This document shows, one piece after another, positions 1-12,179 of a stretch of DNA of 39,551 nucleotides. The stretch is from Chiloscyllium plagiosum (taxonomy: Eukaryota). The notes under the pieces were generated by a model. That model did not search any database and had not been told where the DNA came from. It saw nothing but the letters and a program-made list of their open reading frames with translations. A program made the position numbers and the translations under genes. The stretch is from positions 71,874,521 to 71,914,071 of the forward strand of contig NC_057711.1 in the NCBI RefSeq assembly GCF_004010195.1. Reading direction: 5' to 3'. Position 1 is the stretch's first letter, and the number at the start of each line of letters is the position of its first letter.

Positions 1-424
1 ACAGCAAGCAAAGAGCCAGATCCAGTCCATGGGCTGGGTGCATACTCCTGACTGCACAATGAGCTTATACCAGCATTACAATTGATAGGTTACCAGTGCA
101 GGCTGATGTGCAGCACTGAAGTGCTAAACCATACTATTAGCATGAGGTTTCCCAGAGGCTAGCACATGTCGAATGTCAGTTCATGAACTTGGATGGTATG
201 TGGGTCCTGCCCGTGGAGGGTGCTCTGAGATGCCCAGTATCCAATATCGAGGTCCTTTGGAGGAAACTATGAGCTGAAGTTGGGAGGTATCAGTTCGGAA
301 TTCAGTGTTGAGAATTCTCACCATTTAGCTTGTTCAGCACAGTTGGCAATACAAGGAGCTGAATATTAATGAGGCAAGCAGTCTTGCACAGGGATTGGGA
401 CTGGAATCCTTGTTTTTCTATTTT

Positions 425-1330
425 GTTTCAATGATTTGGTGATGGAGGTCGAGGGCAAAATCTCTAAATGTGCAGATGATACTACTCCAGGGAAAATTGC
501 TATTTGTGAGGATGGTGCTGAGTGACTTCAGAGGGACATTGACAAGTTGGCCAAAAGGGTAGAAATCTGGCAGATGAAATTCATTGCAAAGAAATGTGAG
601 GTCATGAACGTTCATAGAAGAAACCTGGAGAGATACCACAGGCTCAATGGTAGAACTTTGAGGGGAGAATAGGAGCAGATGACCTCGGGGTTCACATATA
701 TTATTCTCTGAAAGTGGCCAGACAAGTTGAAATTATTGTTAAGAAGGCTTATGGAATCCTAAGTTTATAAATAGAGTATAAAAGCAAGGAGTGATGTTAT
801 GCTTTGACAAATCAATAGTCAGATCACATTCAGACGATTGTTTAAGGAAGGATGCTAAAGCCCTGGACAGAGTGCAAAGTAGGTTTACGAGAATGATACC
901 AGGACTGAGGGATTTTAGATTCAAGGAAAGGTGAGAGAAATTGGGCTTATTCTTCTTGGAGGGGAAGAAGATTAAGAGGAGACCTTATTGAGGTGTTCAA
1001 AATTATGAACAATTTTAACAGGGTGAAGAAGGATGTTCTGTTTCCACTGAGTGGTATATTAGAAATTACAGTCACAATTTCAAAATTATCAGCAAGAGAG
1101 CTATGAGTGAGATGTTGAGAAACTTCTTTACTCAGAGAGTTGTTGGGATTTGGGATGTGCTGCCTTGGAGAATAGTGAAGGCTTGATTCCATAGGAGGTT
1201 TCAAAAGAGACATGGGTATATATTTGACGGGGATTAATTTAGAGAACTATGGAGCTAGGTTTGGAGAATGGGTCTAGCCGTGTAGCTTTTGGGATTCAGT
1301 ACAGACACAATGACCTCCTTCTGTGCTGTA
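425..1330 (+). mobile_element. Degenerate CR1 LINE, 3' part of ORF2 (RT C-terminus) plus 3' UTR
   Basis: Broken translation with CR1-like motifs: KISKCADDN (F-A-D-D-T), LQRDIDKLAKRVEIWQMKF, KALDRVQSRFTRMIPGL, RLRGDLIEVFKIM, RNFFTQRVVGIW. Many stops and frameshifts. Confidence 0.85.
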
Positions 1331-1672
1331 CAATCCTGTAATTGTATAAGTTGCAATGTTAATATGGCATTTTACAAACTATATACTTCTTCCTTTATTT
1401 GCAATTTGCAAGAAGATTGCTTCTGCATTTGACAAGAGCATAAAAGATGCAGCGAGATGTTCCCGATGTTGAAATAGCCACACTGGGCTTCTCATCTGCG
1501 TCTGCCACAAATCTCACAGTAGGTCATGTGACTAAGACCCCAAAATGTATCCAGCTAATGTGTTCATATCTCACCCTGATGGAAGCAGAGTGTCTTGTGT
1601 CGGAAATGCCACTGTTTACTGGCAAGTGTAAAAGTCAAGCAATATTGCTGACTTATACATGACTGAAACATA

Positions 1673-1914
1673 AACAAAAATGGACGTTGGTGGAAAAACT
1701 CAGCAAGTCTGGTCACATCTGTGGAGAGAAATCAGTATTAACTTTTCGGGTCCAGTGACCATTCTTCAGAATGGTTCTTTATGTTCTGAAGAAGGGTCAC
1801 TGGATTCAAAACATTAACTCTGAATTCTCTCCACTTATGCTGCCAGACCCGTTTTTCCAGCAATTTCTGTTTTTGTTTCTGATTTCCAAAATCCGCAGTT
1901 CTTCCGTCTTTTTT
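1673..1914. mobile_element. Penelope-derived fold-back element with degenerate hammerhead cores
   Basis: Inverted arms (1673-1775 vs 1783-1880) carrying CTGAAGA-a(g/t)ggtcactgga-(G/A)AAA, a 3' tail, and a flanking direct repeat tgact(g/a)aaacata at 1660-1672 and 1915-1927. Confidence 0.75.
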
Positions 1915-2991
1915 TGACTAAAACATAGTTGGGCATGGATGATTTCTGGATTCAGTTAACTTGCTTTCCTTGGCTTATATCCAGTTACAGAAATGTTCCT
2001 GAGAATGGACACAGGGCCATGTCAATTAACGACAAGACTTTGTTGTTAAATTTGCAATTTGCCCCAGCCTGTTCTCTATTGCTATGTCTGATGTTAATAA
2101 AAACATGCCTGTCTGAAGATGCTAGGAGCTGATGTCTGTCAGTCCCTTTCAGATCCAATCTGAAGAAGTCTTGTATAATCCCAGTGCCAGGACGGCCATA
2201 ACTTGATGCACATCTGCTATCCGTTTTCAAGCGTCATTAAAATTAGGCCAGCAAGTTCAGGATTATCAAGTCTGGATGTATTCCTGGAGATTTTATCTCT
2301 CATCTTCAATCTCCCACCCAGTCATTCATCCTCCTTCCTTCATCTTGAATACATTTTTGAACTAATAAATAACTCTGTCACAAAAATGAAGAAAGCATTC
2401 GATATTTTAATGTTACTTTGGGCATTTCTCTTGGTTTCAAATTGGAGTGTCCAAGGCAATCCTGGTGTTCTGGAAACCTAATCTATGTGTTCCAAAAGCT
2501 CAGGATTGCCATTCTGAAATGTATTTGCCTCCCTATGTCCATTTTGTCCTTTGGAATACTCCAGTGGTTCACAAACTGTACTTCAGGTCACAGGGAGGGG
2601 GTGATTTTGAGTTCCAAAACTAGTACCTGCTTGTATTGGTGTGTGGCGTAATGCACTAGGGAATTTCTATCATTTCACCCCCTGGCAATGCACCAATTAA
2701 TTCAGTCACACGACCCTACTCAACAGAGTCTTGTTTTGGTGGGCTGGTGAGATTGCCCAACTGTGCAACAGCAAGATCCAAATCAACTTGACCAACAAGT
2801 AAAGCATGAACTGTGATTGGAGCACCAGCGAGTTGTAGGGGTAGATGAACCTATGATTTGAGGGAAGCTTTGAGGAACCTATGATTTGAGGGACTGGAAA
2901 AGAGCTACTGTGGAAAATTCCAGGACTCCTGACCTGAGTCATTCTTCTCTTATCTGCAGCTCAATAGCCTGAGAGAGAACCTTCTAACAAT

Positions 2992-3850
2992 ATGGATATC
3001 TTTTTAATGCAGAGCTTCTACTTCCAGCAACAAGTCTTCTGACTCCATTGCTTATGAGAAAGAAGATCAGCAGCTTCTTATCAATTCAATAAAGCTTTCC
3101 CTGTGCTTGGGGTTATGAGCATTTTTGCTAAACCTGAAAAAATACCAAAATGGCCCCTTTGTCTCCAAGTGTTGTCTAGTGAAAGCATCATGTAAAATCA
3201 GCCCAAGTGACAGATCATAACCATGATCATGTTTCCAATGTTGAAAAGAGGAACTTCTGCAGCATGTTTTGTTACCATCTTTGAAAAAGCTCAAAAGCAC
3301 ATTCTGAGATGAAATATTAAGTTGCACAAGTTAAAGAAGCCCCATGCAATTGAAGAAACTTTAATTTTGCCTGCTGCAGTTAGGTTAAACAAATGTCGAG
3401 GGACGCAGAGGCAAATAAATTAATAGGTGTAGCCCTCTTAAACAAACTGCGATGTGAACAAAGGAGGAAATGGCAGCTCACGGAAACACATTCATAAAGC
3501 ACCTGAAACCCATTCCTGCTTTTGCTCTACAAATTGGCCTGAGCACAAAATAGCACAATATGTATGCTGGGTTTCGTGTGCTACATGTGAAAAAACAATA
3601 TCCTCAAAGACATGCTGTTCAGTCTCCCATTTCATGACCAAGAAATGGGGCAGGGACTATTGCATGGTGCAGGAAGATAAACAGATTCCTTTAGATCACA
3701 TGGTTGGATTTTGTTATGATTATGCTTCATCTATTGTAGACCACAAAGCACATCCATGTGCATCAGTGAGACATATAGTTGTTTGGACTCACTGCTAGAT
3801 TCACAGGGACCAAGAAGCATCTAAAACATTGAGTGTGGAGCTAGGTATTA
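2992..3850 (+). pseudogene. hAT Buster-type transposase remnant, part 1 (BED finger to the CxxH region)
   Basis: Starts MDIFLM. Motifs: PKWPLCLQVLSSES (PxCxxC..LSNESM), KPHAIEETLILPAA (KPHTIGEELILPAA), FALQIGLST (FALQLDEST), GFCYDYASSI (GICTDGAAAM), VWTHC (WTHCFIH). Confidence 0.85.
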
Positions 3851-3881
3851 TCGTGTGTGTCATCGGGTGAGGACAGTGCAG

Positions 3882-3907
3882 GAGAGAGAGAGAGAGAGAG
3901 AGAGAGA
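3882..3907 (+). repeat. (GA)n microsatellite near the CR1 5' end
   Basis: About 13 GA units, seen directly. Confidence 0.95.
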
Positions 3908-4255
3908 ACCTACACAGTTACTAACTTTGCTGTTTTGAATTCATGAATCGCTGGACATCAGAGTGCGTCTGGGAAAATTAACAAACAATGAAATTCACAA
4001 CGAATCTTGGAGGAACCTGTTTGGGTGAAGTTCACAGCACAGAATCAGATAAATTAATCGTTGTTTTAAGTGTGTCCAACAGAAAGGCTGCAGTAGTGAG
4101 TAGAGTGGATTCTTTCTTGGTTATATGTTTTTGGAGATATGTCTCTTGATTAAACTTAAAATATAAGCCATAGCTATTAATTTAACCTGAGCCAGTGTTT
4201 TGTAGAGAATAAGACAGTGTTGTTTTCTGGGTCTGTAGATTGTGAAGGAGCAAAA

Positions 4256-5191
4256 ATGGCCTTGAGTACAGTGATATGTACTTCTTGTCAGATGTGGGAG
4301 TTTAAAGAGAGTTTAAGGGTTACTGCGGTTTATATCTGCCATAAATGCTGTTGGATGCAAATCTTATCAGATTGAATGGATCGGATGGAGAGACAGTCAG
4401 AAGCAATGGGGAATTTGCAACAGCAACAGAATGTGATGGATGGCAGTTATAGGAAGGGGGAAAAATCTCAGATACAGTAACATACATTGGTTAACTCCAG
4501 GAAAGGTAAGAGAGGTAGGCAGCTAGTGCAGGAGTCTTTTGTGGATATATCCATTTCAAAAAGGTATGCTGTTTTGGAAAATGTAGGTGGTGATGGATTC
4601 TCAGGGGAACATAGCATGAACAGCCAAGTTTCTGGTACTGAGACTGGCTCTAATGCAGTGAGAGGTACGTCGGGTTCCAAGAGATCAATTGTGTTAGGGG
4701 ACTCTGTAGTCTGAGGTACAGACAGACGTTTCTGTGGCCAGCAGCGAGAAAACAGAATGGTGTGTTGCTTCCCTGGTGCTAGGATCAAGGATGTCTCAGA
4801 GAGGGTGCAGAATGTTCTCAAGGGGGAGAGGGGCCAGCAAGAGGTCATTGTCCACATTGGAAGCAACGACATAAGAAGGGAAAAAGTTGAGATTCTGAAG
4901 GGAGATTACAGAGAGTTAGGCAGAAATTTATAAAGGAGGTCCTCAAGAGTAGTTATATATGGATTACTCCCAGTGATACGAGCTAGTAAGGGCAGATATA
5001 GGAGGATAGAGCAGATGAATGCATGGCTGAGGAGCTGGTGTATGGGAGAAGGATTCACATTTTTGGATCATTGGAATCTCTTTTGGGGTAGAAGTGACCT
5101 GTACAAGAAGGACGGATTGCACCTAAATTGGAAGGGGACTAATATACTGGCAGAGAGATTTGCTAGAGCTGCTCAGGAGGACTTAAACTAG
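4256..5191 (+). pseudogene. CR1 ORF1 (zinc finger + SGNH/GDSL esterase), disrupted
   Basis: ATG at 4256; CTSCQMWE..YICHKC; VLGDSV, VCCFPGA, VHIGSND, DGLHLN esterase blocks; in-frame stops. Confidence 0.88.
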
Positions 5192-5264
5192 TAAGGTGGG
5201 GAGGTGGGACTCAGGAAGATAGTGAGGAAAGAGATCAATCTGAGACTAGTACAGTTGAGAACAG

Positions 5265-7621
5265 CTTAATGTTCCAGGATACAAATGTTACAGGAAGGAT
5301 AGAAAGGGAGGCAAGAGAGGAGGGGGAGTGGTGTTTTTGATAAGGGATAGCATTACAACTATACTGAGGGAGGATATTCCTGGAAATACATCAGGGAGGT
5401 TATTTGGGTGGAACTGAGAAATAAGAATAGGATGATCACCTTATTGGGATTGAATTATAGACCCCCTAATCGTCAGAGGGAAATTGAGAAACAAACTTGT
5501 AAGGATATCTCAGCTATCTGTAAGAATAATAGGGTGGTTATGGTAGGGGATTTTAACTTCCCAAACATCGACTGAGACTGCCATAGTGTTAAAGGTTTAG
5601 ATGAAGAGGAATTTGTTAAGACAATTTTCTGATTCAGTATATGGATGTACCTACTAGAGAAGGTACGAAACTTGACCTACTCTTGGGAAATAAGGCAGGG
5701 CAGGTGACTGAGGTGTCAGTGGGCGAGCACTTTGGGGCCAGCGACCATAATTCTATTAGATTTAAAATAGTGATGGAAAAGGATAGACCAGATCTAAAAG
5801 TTGAAGTTCTAAATTGGAGAAAGGCCGATTTTAACGGTATTTGGCAAGAACTTTCAAAAGCTGATTGGAGGCAGATGTTCGCAGGGAAAGGGACAGCTGG
5901 AAAATGGGAGGCCTTCAGAAATTAGATAACGAGAATCCAGAGAAAGTATATTCCTGTCAGGGTAAAAGGAGAGGCTGGTAGGTATAGGGAATGCTGGATA
6001 TCCAAAGAAATTGAGGGTTTGGTTAAGAAAAAGAAGGAAGCATATGTAAGTTATAGACAGGATAGATTGAGTGAATCCTTAGAAGAGTATAAAGGAAGGA
6101 GGGGTATACATAAGAGGGAAATCAGGAGGACAAAAAAGGGACTTGAGATAGCTTTGGCAAATAGAATTAAGGAGAATCCAAAGGGTTTTCACAAATACAT
6201 TAAGGACAAAAGGATAACTAGGGAGAGAATAGGGCCCTTCAAAGATCAGCAAGGCGGCCTTTGTGTGGAGCCGCAGAAAATTGGGGAGATACTAAATGAA
6301 TATTTTGCATCAGTATTTACTGTGGAAAAGGATATGGAAGATTTTGACTGTAGGGAAAATAATGGTGACACCTTGCCAAATGTCCAGATTACAGAGGAGG
6401 AAGTGCTGGATGTCTTGAAACGGGTAAAGGTAGCTAAATCCCCAGGACCTGATCAGGTGTACCCGAGAACTCTGTGGGAAACTAGAGAAGTAATTGCTGG
6501 GCCTCTTGCTGAGATATTTGTATTGTCAATAGTCACAGGTGAGGTTCCGGAAGGGTGGAGGTAGGCAAACGTGGTGCCACTGTTTAAGAAGGGTGGTAAG
6601 GACAAGCCAGGGAACTATAGACCAGTGAGCCTGACCTCGGTGGTGGGCAAGTTGTTGGAAGGAATCCTGAGGGACAGGATNNNNNNNNNNNNNNNNNNNN
6701 NNNNNNNNNNNNNNNNNNNNNNNNNNNNNNNNNNNNNNNNNNNNNNNNNNNNNNNNNNNNNNNNNNNNNNNNNNNNNNNNNNNNNNNNNNNNNNNNNNNN
6801 NNNNNNNNNNNNNNNNNNNNNNNNNNNNNNNNNNNNNNNNNNNNNNNNNNNNNNNNNNNNNNNNNNNNNNNNNNNNNNNNNNNNNNNNNNNNNNNNNNNN
6901 NNNNNNNNNNNNNNNNNNNNNNNNNNNNNNNNNNNNNNNNNNNNNNNNNNNNNNNNNNNNNNNNNNNNNNNNNNNNNNNNNNNNNNNNNNNNNNNNNNNN
7001 NNNNNNNNNNNNNNNNNNNNNNNNNNNNNNNNNNNNNNNNNNNNNNNNNNNNNNNNNNNNNNNNNNNNNNNNNNNNNNNNNNNNNNNNNNNNNNNNNNNN
7101 NNNNNNNNNNNNNNNNNNNNNNNNNNNNNNNNNNNNNNNNNNNNNNNNNNNNNNNNNNNNNNNNNNNNNNNNNNNNNNNNNNNNNNNNNNNNNNNNNNNN
7201 NNNNNNNNNNNNNNNNNNNNNNNNNNNNNNNNNNNNNNNNNNNNNNNNNNNNNNNNNNNNNNNNNNNNNNNNNNNNNNNNNNNNNNNNNNNNNNNNNNNN
7301 NNNNNNNNNNNNNNNNNNNNNNNNNNNNNNNNNNNNNNNNNNNNNNNNNNNNNNNNNNNNNNTAGGGTAAATAGGCAAAGTCTTTTCCCTGGGGTTGGGG
7401 AGTCCAGAACTAGAGGGCATAGTTTTAGGGTGAGAGGGGAAAAATATAAAAGAGACTTAAGGGGCAACGTTTTCACAAAGAAGGTGGTACGTGTATGGAA
7501 TGAGCTGCCAGAGGAAGTGGTGGAGGCTGGTACAATTGCAACATTTAAGAGGCATTTTGATGGGTATATGAACAGGAAGATTTTGGAGGGATACGGGCTG
7601 GGTGCTGGCAGGTGGAACTAG
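5265..7621 (+). pseudogene. CR1 ORF2 (APE endonuclease + reverse transcriptase), disrupted, N-terminus deleted, RT core in the gap
   Basis: RGGGV, YRPP, VGDFNFP, LDLLL, SDHNSIRF (APE); KSPGPD, VPLFKKG..PGNYRPVSLTSVVGKLLE (RT); C-terminal VRVWNELPEEVV. Confidence 0.92.
6681..7362. other. Assembly gap (N run)
   Basis: 682 consecutive n. Confidence 1.
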
Positions 7622-7709
7622 GCTGGGTTGGGATATCTGGTTGGCATGGACGGGTTGGACTGAAGGATCTGTTTCCATGCTATACATCTCTATGACTCTA
7701 TGACTCTAA

Positions 7710-7765
7710 ATGTAAAATACCTGTACATTTAACTTCACAGAGTGGGTGTCTGTTTGCAAAACTGT
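7710..7765 (+). pseudogene. hAT transposase remnant, part 2
   Basis: tgtctgtttgcaaaactg = CLFAKL, matching the Buster RLFAKLC motif that lies between CxxH and the RW motif. Confidence 0.55.
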
Positions 7766-7789
7766 TTTTATATTATTTCATGTGCGTGT

Positions 7790-8154
7790 TTATTGCTGAC
7801 AAGGCCAGCATTTATTGCCTGTCTTTAATTACCCTTGACTATGTAGTGATGAGCCTCTTGAACCACTATGGCCATTATGATGTGGGTACTCCCACAGTGA
7901 TGTTCAGGAGTAACGCTGAATGAACAGTGATATAGTTCCAAGTTATGATGACGCGTGAATTGGACATGGAAATATACGAGGTGATGTTTTAATATATCTG
8001 CTCCCTTATCCTTCCAGGTTGTAGAAGTCAGGTGTTTGGAAGATGTTATCAAAGGAGGTAAGTGAGTTGCTGCAGTGCAGCATATATATAGTAAACACTT
8101 CTGCCATTGTGTGCCAGTGGTAGGAATGCATGCTTTTAATAGGTGGATGGAGTG
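7790..8154 (-). mobile_element. Old LINE (CR1-clade-like) fragment
   Basis: ggccagcatttattgcc...taattacccttga signature of a common elasmobranch LINE end. Appears to be the same family as 12560-12785. Confidence 0.55.
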
Positions 8155-8920
8155 TGTAAGGTGCCAACATGAAGATTTAGCTTCAGCTTGACCAAGTTAA
8201 CCAGCATGCAGTCGGGGAATCAAGAGTTTAAAGGTAATATCTTAAATTGGCTTAGACCAGCGACGTAAACCAGAAAACAAAGTTTCAGCTACAAACACAC
8301 AATATAAGAAAACATAACATCATACTCCAGATGGACAGATGACTAGATGAAAAAATACACAATACCCCTCATGGGCAAGTGATTAATCAAGAAACAACTT
8401 GACCAATTATCCACACAGAGGTAGTTAGTAAAACACACACGAACAGAGCCATGTGTGGGGTATGAAAGAAGCATCTGATGATCTAAAAGATGAAGGAATT
8501 GCACAATGATAGAGAGAGCCCTGGGACAAAAACTCGTAAGAAGGATGACCCTGAGTCAGAGACTTCGAGAAGTCAGTCAGAATGTAAGAACTATTCTCGA
8601 TCATGAGGCCCTAGCTCAGGGACCTTGAAGAAAGGTGTATTATCTGTACCAGAACCTGGTCATCTCTACTTTTGACTGGTAGTATTCTGGGCAGGAAGTA
8701 AGGTTTGTATATTTGTGATGCTGATAAATAGTGTTGTATAAATGATACTGCCTCAGGGTATTTATCTGATTTCTGCCGTTTCACTCAGTGCAAAGACCTG
8801 CTTTTTAAAAAAAACACGACAAGTGCCAACAAGTAAGTTGCTTTGCCTTGAAAGGTGTCAAGCTCCTTAAGTCTTGTTGGAAACTTATGTTTAGGCGAGT
8901 GGAGGGCATTCTATCATACA
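8155..8920 (+). mobile_element. Possible solo LTR
   Basis: TGTA...TACA termini, TATA-like gtataaat near 8736, no ORF. No clear TSD. Confidence 0.3.
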
Positions 8921-8942
8921 CCACTTGTGCCCTTTATGGACA

Positions 8943-10364
8943 CCCCCCATCTTTTCCTTCGCTACATTGATGACTGTATCGGCGCTACCTCGTGCTCCCA
9001 CGAGGAGGTTGAACAGTTCATCCACTACACTAACACCTTCCACCCCAACCTCAAATTCACCTGGACAGTCTCGGACTCCTCCCTCCCCTTCCTAGACCTT
9101 TCTGTTTCTATCTCAGGCGACCGAATCAACACGGACATCTACTACAAACCAACCGACTCCCACAGCTACCTGGACTACACCTCCTCCCATCCTGCCCCCT
9201 GTAAAAACACCATCCCATTCTCCCAATTCCTTCGTCTCCGCCGCATCTGCTCCCAGGAGGACCAGTCCAAAATACGTACAACACAGATGGCCACCCTCTT
9301 CAAGGACCGCAAGTTCCTCCCCGACGTGGTCGACGGTGCCCTCCACCGCATCTCCTCCACTTCCCGCCCCTCCGCCCTTGAGCCCCGCCCCTCCAACCGC
9401 CACCAGGACAGAACCCCACTGGTCCTCACCTACCACCCCACCAATCTCCATGTACAGCGCATCATCCGCCGTCACTTCCGCCACCTCCAAACAGACCCAG
9501 CACCAAGGATATATTTCCCTCCCCTCCCCTATCAGCTGTCCGTAGAGACCACTCCCTCCGCGACTCCCTTGTCAGACCCACACCCCCCACCGACCCAACC
9601 TCCACTCCCGGCACCTTCCCATGCAACCGCAGGAGGTGCAACACTTGCGCCCACACCCCCCCCCTCACTTCCCTCCAAGGCCCCAAAGGAAACTTCCATA
9701 TCCGCCACAGATTCACCTGCACCTCCACCCACATCATCTACTGCATCCGCTGCAGACGGTGTGGCCTCCTCTATATTGGGGAGACAGGCCGCCTACTTGC
9801 AGAGCGATTCAGAGAGCACCTCTGGGCCACCCAGACGAACCAACCAAACCACCCTGTAGCACAGCATTTCAACTCCCCCTCCCACTCCACCGAGGATATG
9901 CAGGTCATTGGACTCATCCACCGCCAAACCACAACAACGCGACGGTCGGAGGAGGAGCGTCTTATCTTCCGACTGGGAACACTCCAACCGCAGGGGATGA
10001 ACTTGGACTTCACCAGTTTCTTCATCCCCCCTCCCCCCACCTTGTCTCAGCCGAATCCCTCCAGCCCGGCACCGCCTTCCTGACCTGCAGTCTTCTTCTT
10101 GACCTCTCCGCCTCCATCCTACTCCGACCTATCACCCTCACCTTGACCTCTTTCCACCTATCACATTTCCAACGCCCCTCCTCCAAGTCCCTCCTCCCTA
10201 CCTTTTATCTTCTCCTGCTGAACACTCTCTGCTCATTCCTGAAGAAGGGCCTGTGCCCGAAACGTCGAATCTCCTGTTCCCTGGATGCTGCCTGACCTGC
10301 TGTGCTGTTCCAGCAATAAAGTTTCAACTTTGATCTCCAGCATCTGCAGACCTCACTTTCTCCT
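8943..10364 (+). mobile_element. 5'-truncated Penelope-like element (RT C-terminal half, GIY-YIG endonuclease, 3' UTR with hammerhead)
   Basis: FLRYIDDCIG, LPFLDL, YYKPTDSHSYLDYTSSHP; after one frameshift near 9500, CNRRRCNTCAH and HIIYCIRCRRCGLLYIGETGR (GIY-YIG), stop at 10083. Perfect 13-bp TSD ccctttatggaca at 8930-8942 and 10365-10377. Confidence 0.95.
10235..10270 (+). ncRNA. Minimal type I hammerhead ribozyme in the Penelope 3' UTR
   Basis: ATTC-CTGAAGA-a-GGGC ctgt GCCC-GAAA-CGTC^GAAT: CUGANGA and GAAA cores, stem II, palindromic ACGU stem III, stem I AUUC/GAAU. Confidence 0.85.
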
Positions 10365-10377
10365 CCCTTTATGGACA

Positions 10378-10502
10378 GCCAGGAAAGGTTTAGAGGGACA
10401 TGGGCCAAGTGCTGGCATATGGGACTAGGTCTGGTCGGCATGGGTAAGTTGGACCAAAGATTTTGTTTCCATACTGTATAGCTGTATGACTCTATGACTC
10501 TA
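10378..10502 (+). mobile_element. CR1 3' end
   Basis: Similar to 7570-7708; ends tatgactctatgactcta. Confidence 0.85.
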
Positions 10503-10504
10503 AA

Positions 10505-10975
10505 ATCAAGAAGTTATGGGATCTGATCATAATCTGTTTTGTTTCACATTAAGACCTACTGGATATCATGAAGAAAGGACAGCAATACTTTTTTCATGCA
10601 CTGCAAATCAAAATCAGAATTATTTATTTTCTCTGACAAAAACAAGACTTGATACCTTGCTTCTGTCACAGACATACTTCGGAAACTAAATTGACTTGAT
10701 GCAAATATGCAAGAAAAGAACATAAACATGCTTCAACAGATTGATTCAATCAAAGCACTTATGAAGAAAATTGCACTTTGAAAGTATAATATGCTGAAGT
10801 TGAAATACAATTCACCTGGTTTCTGCCTGATAACAAAATTGACCAGTGTCTAACTTGTGACAATTGATCATGTCAGCCCACTTGGACCAAACTTTGTGAC
10901 ATTTTTCCCCGATTTGGATGCATCAAAGTTCAACTTGAGCCAAAACACCTATTTAATGTCTGCTTCGGGTACACA
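10505..10975 (+). pseudogene. hAT transposase remnant, part 3
   Basis: EVMGSDHNLFCFH..W (EMGSDH..LLFHTEVRW) and YLASVTDILRKLN*LDANMQEKNINMLQQIDSIKALMKKIAL*K (LAYLADIF.KLN.LN..LQG). Confidence 0.8.
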
Positions 10976-11562
10976 TTGAAACTTACAGGATACTGCAAGA
11001 CCCGGATAGAATGGACATGGAGGAGATGTTTCCACAAATACAGAGACTAGGACCCAAGGGCAAGCCTCAGAGTGAAGGGACAATCCCTTAGGACTGAAAT
11101 GAGGAGGAATTTCTTCAACCGGAGGGTGGTCATTCTGTGGAACTCATTGCCACAGAGGGTTGTGAAGGCCAAGTCATTGATTGTATTTAAAGTTAAAAAA
11201 CACACAACACCAGGTTATAGTCCAACAAGTGTATTTGGAAGCACTAGTTTTCGGAGCATTGCTCCTTCACCAGATGATGAAGGAGTGGCACTCTGAAAGC
11301 TAGTGCTTTCAAATAAACCTGTTGGACTATAACATGGTGTTGCATGATTTTTAACTTTGTCCACCCCAGTCCAACACTGGCATCTCCAAGTCAGAGTGTA
11401 TTTAAGACAGAGAAAGATAGGTTCTTGATTAGTAAGGGGATCACGGGTTATGGAGAGAAGGCAGGATAATGTGGTTGAGAAAGATATCAGCCATGATTGA
11501 ATGATGGAGCAGACTCGATGGGTTGAATGGCTCAATTCTGTTCCTATATCTAATGGTCTTGG
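10976..11562 (+). mobile_element. CR1 3' fragment interrupted by a Penelope fold-back element
   Basis: RTEMRRNFFNRRVVILWNSLPQRVV and a CR1 3'UTR (tcagccatgattgaatg...). Confidence 0.85.
11190..11392. mobile_element. Penelope-derived fold-back element
   Basis: Inverted arms around gatgaaggagtggcactctgaaagcta; tail tccaccccagtccaacac; tgtatttaa repeated on both flanks. Confidence 0.8.
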
Positions 11563-11569
11563 GATGATA

Positions 11570-11861
11570 TAGTTACATCTTATTGAAATTTCATGTGGAC
11601 AATTTTTGGAAAAAACAAGTTCCACTGTTTCTCTGTCTAAGTGGTTCAATGTGGAGACTAACTATTACTTTTGGCATTTAAAGCGAAGGTTCCTTTTGCT
11701 AATACGTGTTTATATGACTTTGGATTTAAGAACTTGTCAGCATTAAATTTCAATATTGATCAATCCTAGATGCCATCTCAGAGTTTAGATGTGCAGTGTC
11801 ATGCAGACTGACAGATTTTGAGGGTCTGAGTTGCAACATGTCTGTCCATGTGCTTCATTAG
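11570..11861 (+). pseudogene. hAT transposase remnant, part 4 (C-terminal dimerization domain)
   Basis: HLIEISC (QLIELSC), VPFANTCLYDFGF (LPFATTYLCESGF), EFRCAVS (DMRCALS), ends ...H-stop (cattag, 11861). Confidence 0.8.
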
Positions 11862-12179
11862 GCCTCGTGGATATAAAATGATATTTTCATATAGTTCTTT
11901 ATAAATGCAGGTTTCCATGTACACATGATATCTTATAGATATGTTGGATGCTACTAGGCTCTGTTTTCTTTTGATTATATTTGCATTTACAGTCACATTA
12001 AAATTGGTTAAGTTGGAAAATAGTTTGGAGAGCCCAATCTTAAAATATACTCTTTGTTGCTCACCTGTCATAATATTGCCTTATTGACATTTTATGCTAA
12101 AACTTATTTTATAACGCTCTTGTGAAGTGGTTTCGGGCATTTTATCAGGTTAATGTTCTGTTGAGTCCATAGAACTGTA

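Larger units (their letters stand above)
3860..7708 (+). mobile_element. Near full-length CR1 LINE (5'UTR, ORF1, ORF2, 3' tail) spanning the assembly gap
   Basis: ORF1 and ORF2 remnants plus the 3' terminal repeat ctctatgactctatgactcta at 7688-7708. The 5' boundary is approximate. Confidence 0.92.
2562..12037 (+). mobile_element. Ancient hAT (Buster/Charlie-type) DNA transposon, split by nested insertions
   Basis: Left TIR-like CAGTGGTTCACAAACT at 2562-2577; degenerate right TIR candidate agtttggagagcccaa at 12022-12037; transposase remnants in collinear order between them. Confidence 0.7.

Noticed and set aside
1..420. Possible SINE remnant at the window start
   Set aside because: Only a few short motifs; family and boundaries cannot be supported.
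6526..7476. Long ORFs of 264-316 aa in the ORF track
   Set aside because: Artifacts of translating through the N gap.
9113..10295. Multiple overlapping Pro- or Gly-rich ORFs on both strands
   Set aside because: Shadow frames of the C-rich Penelope ORF.
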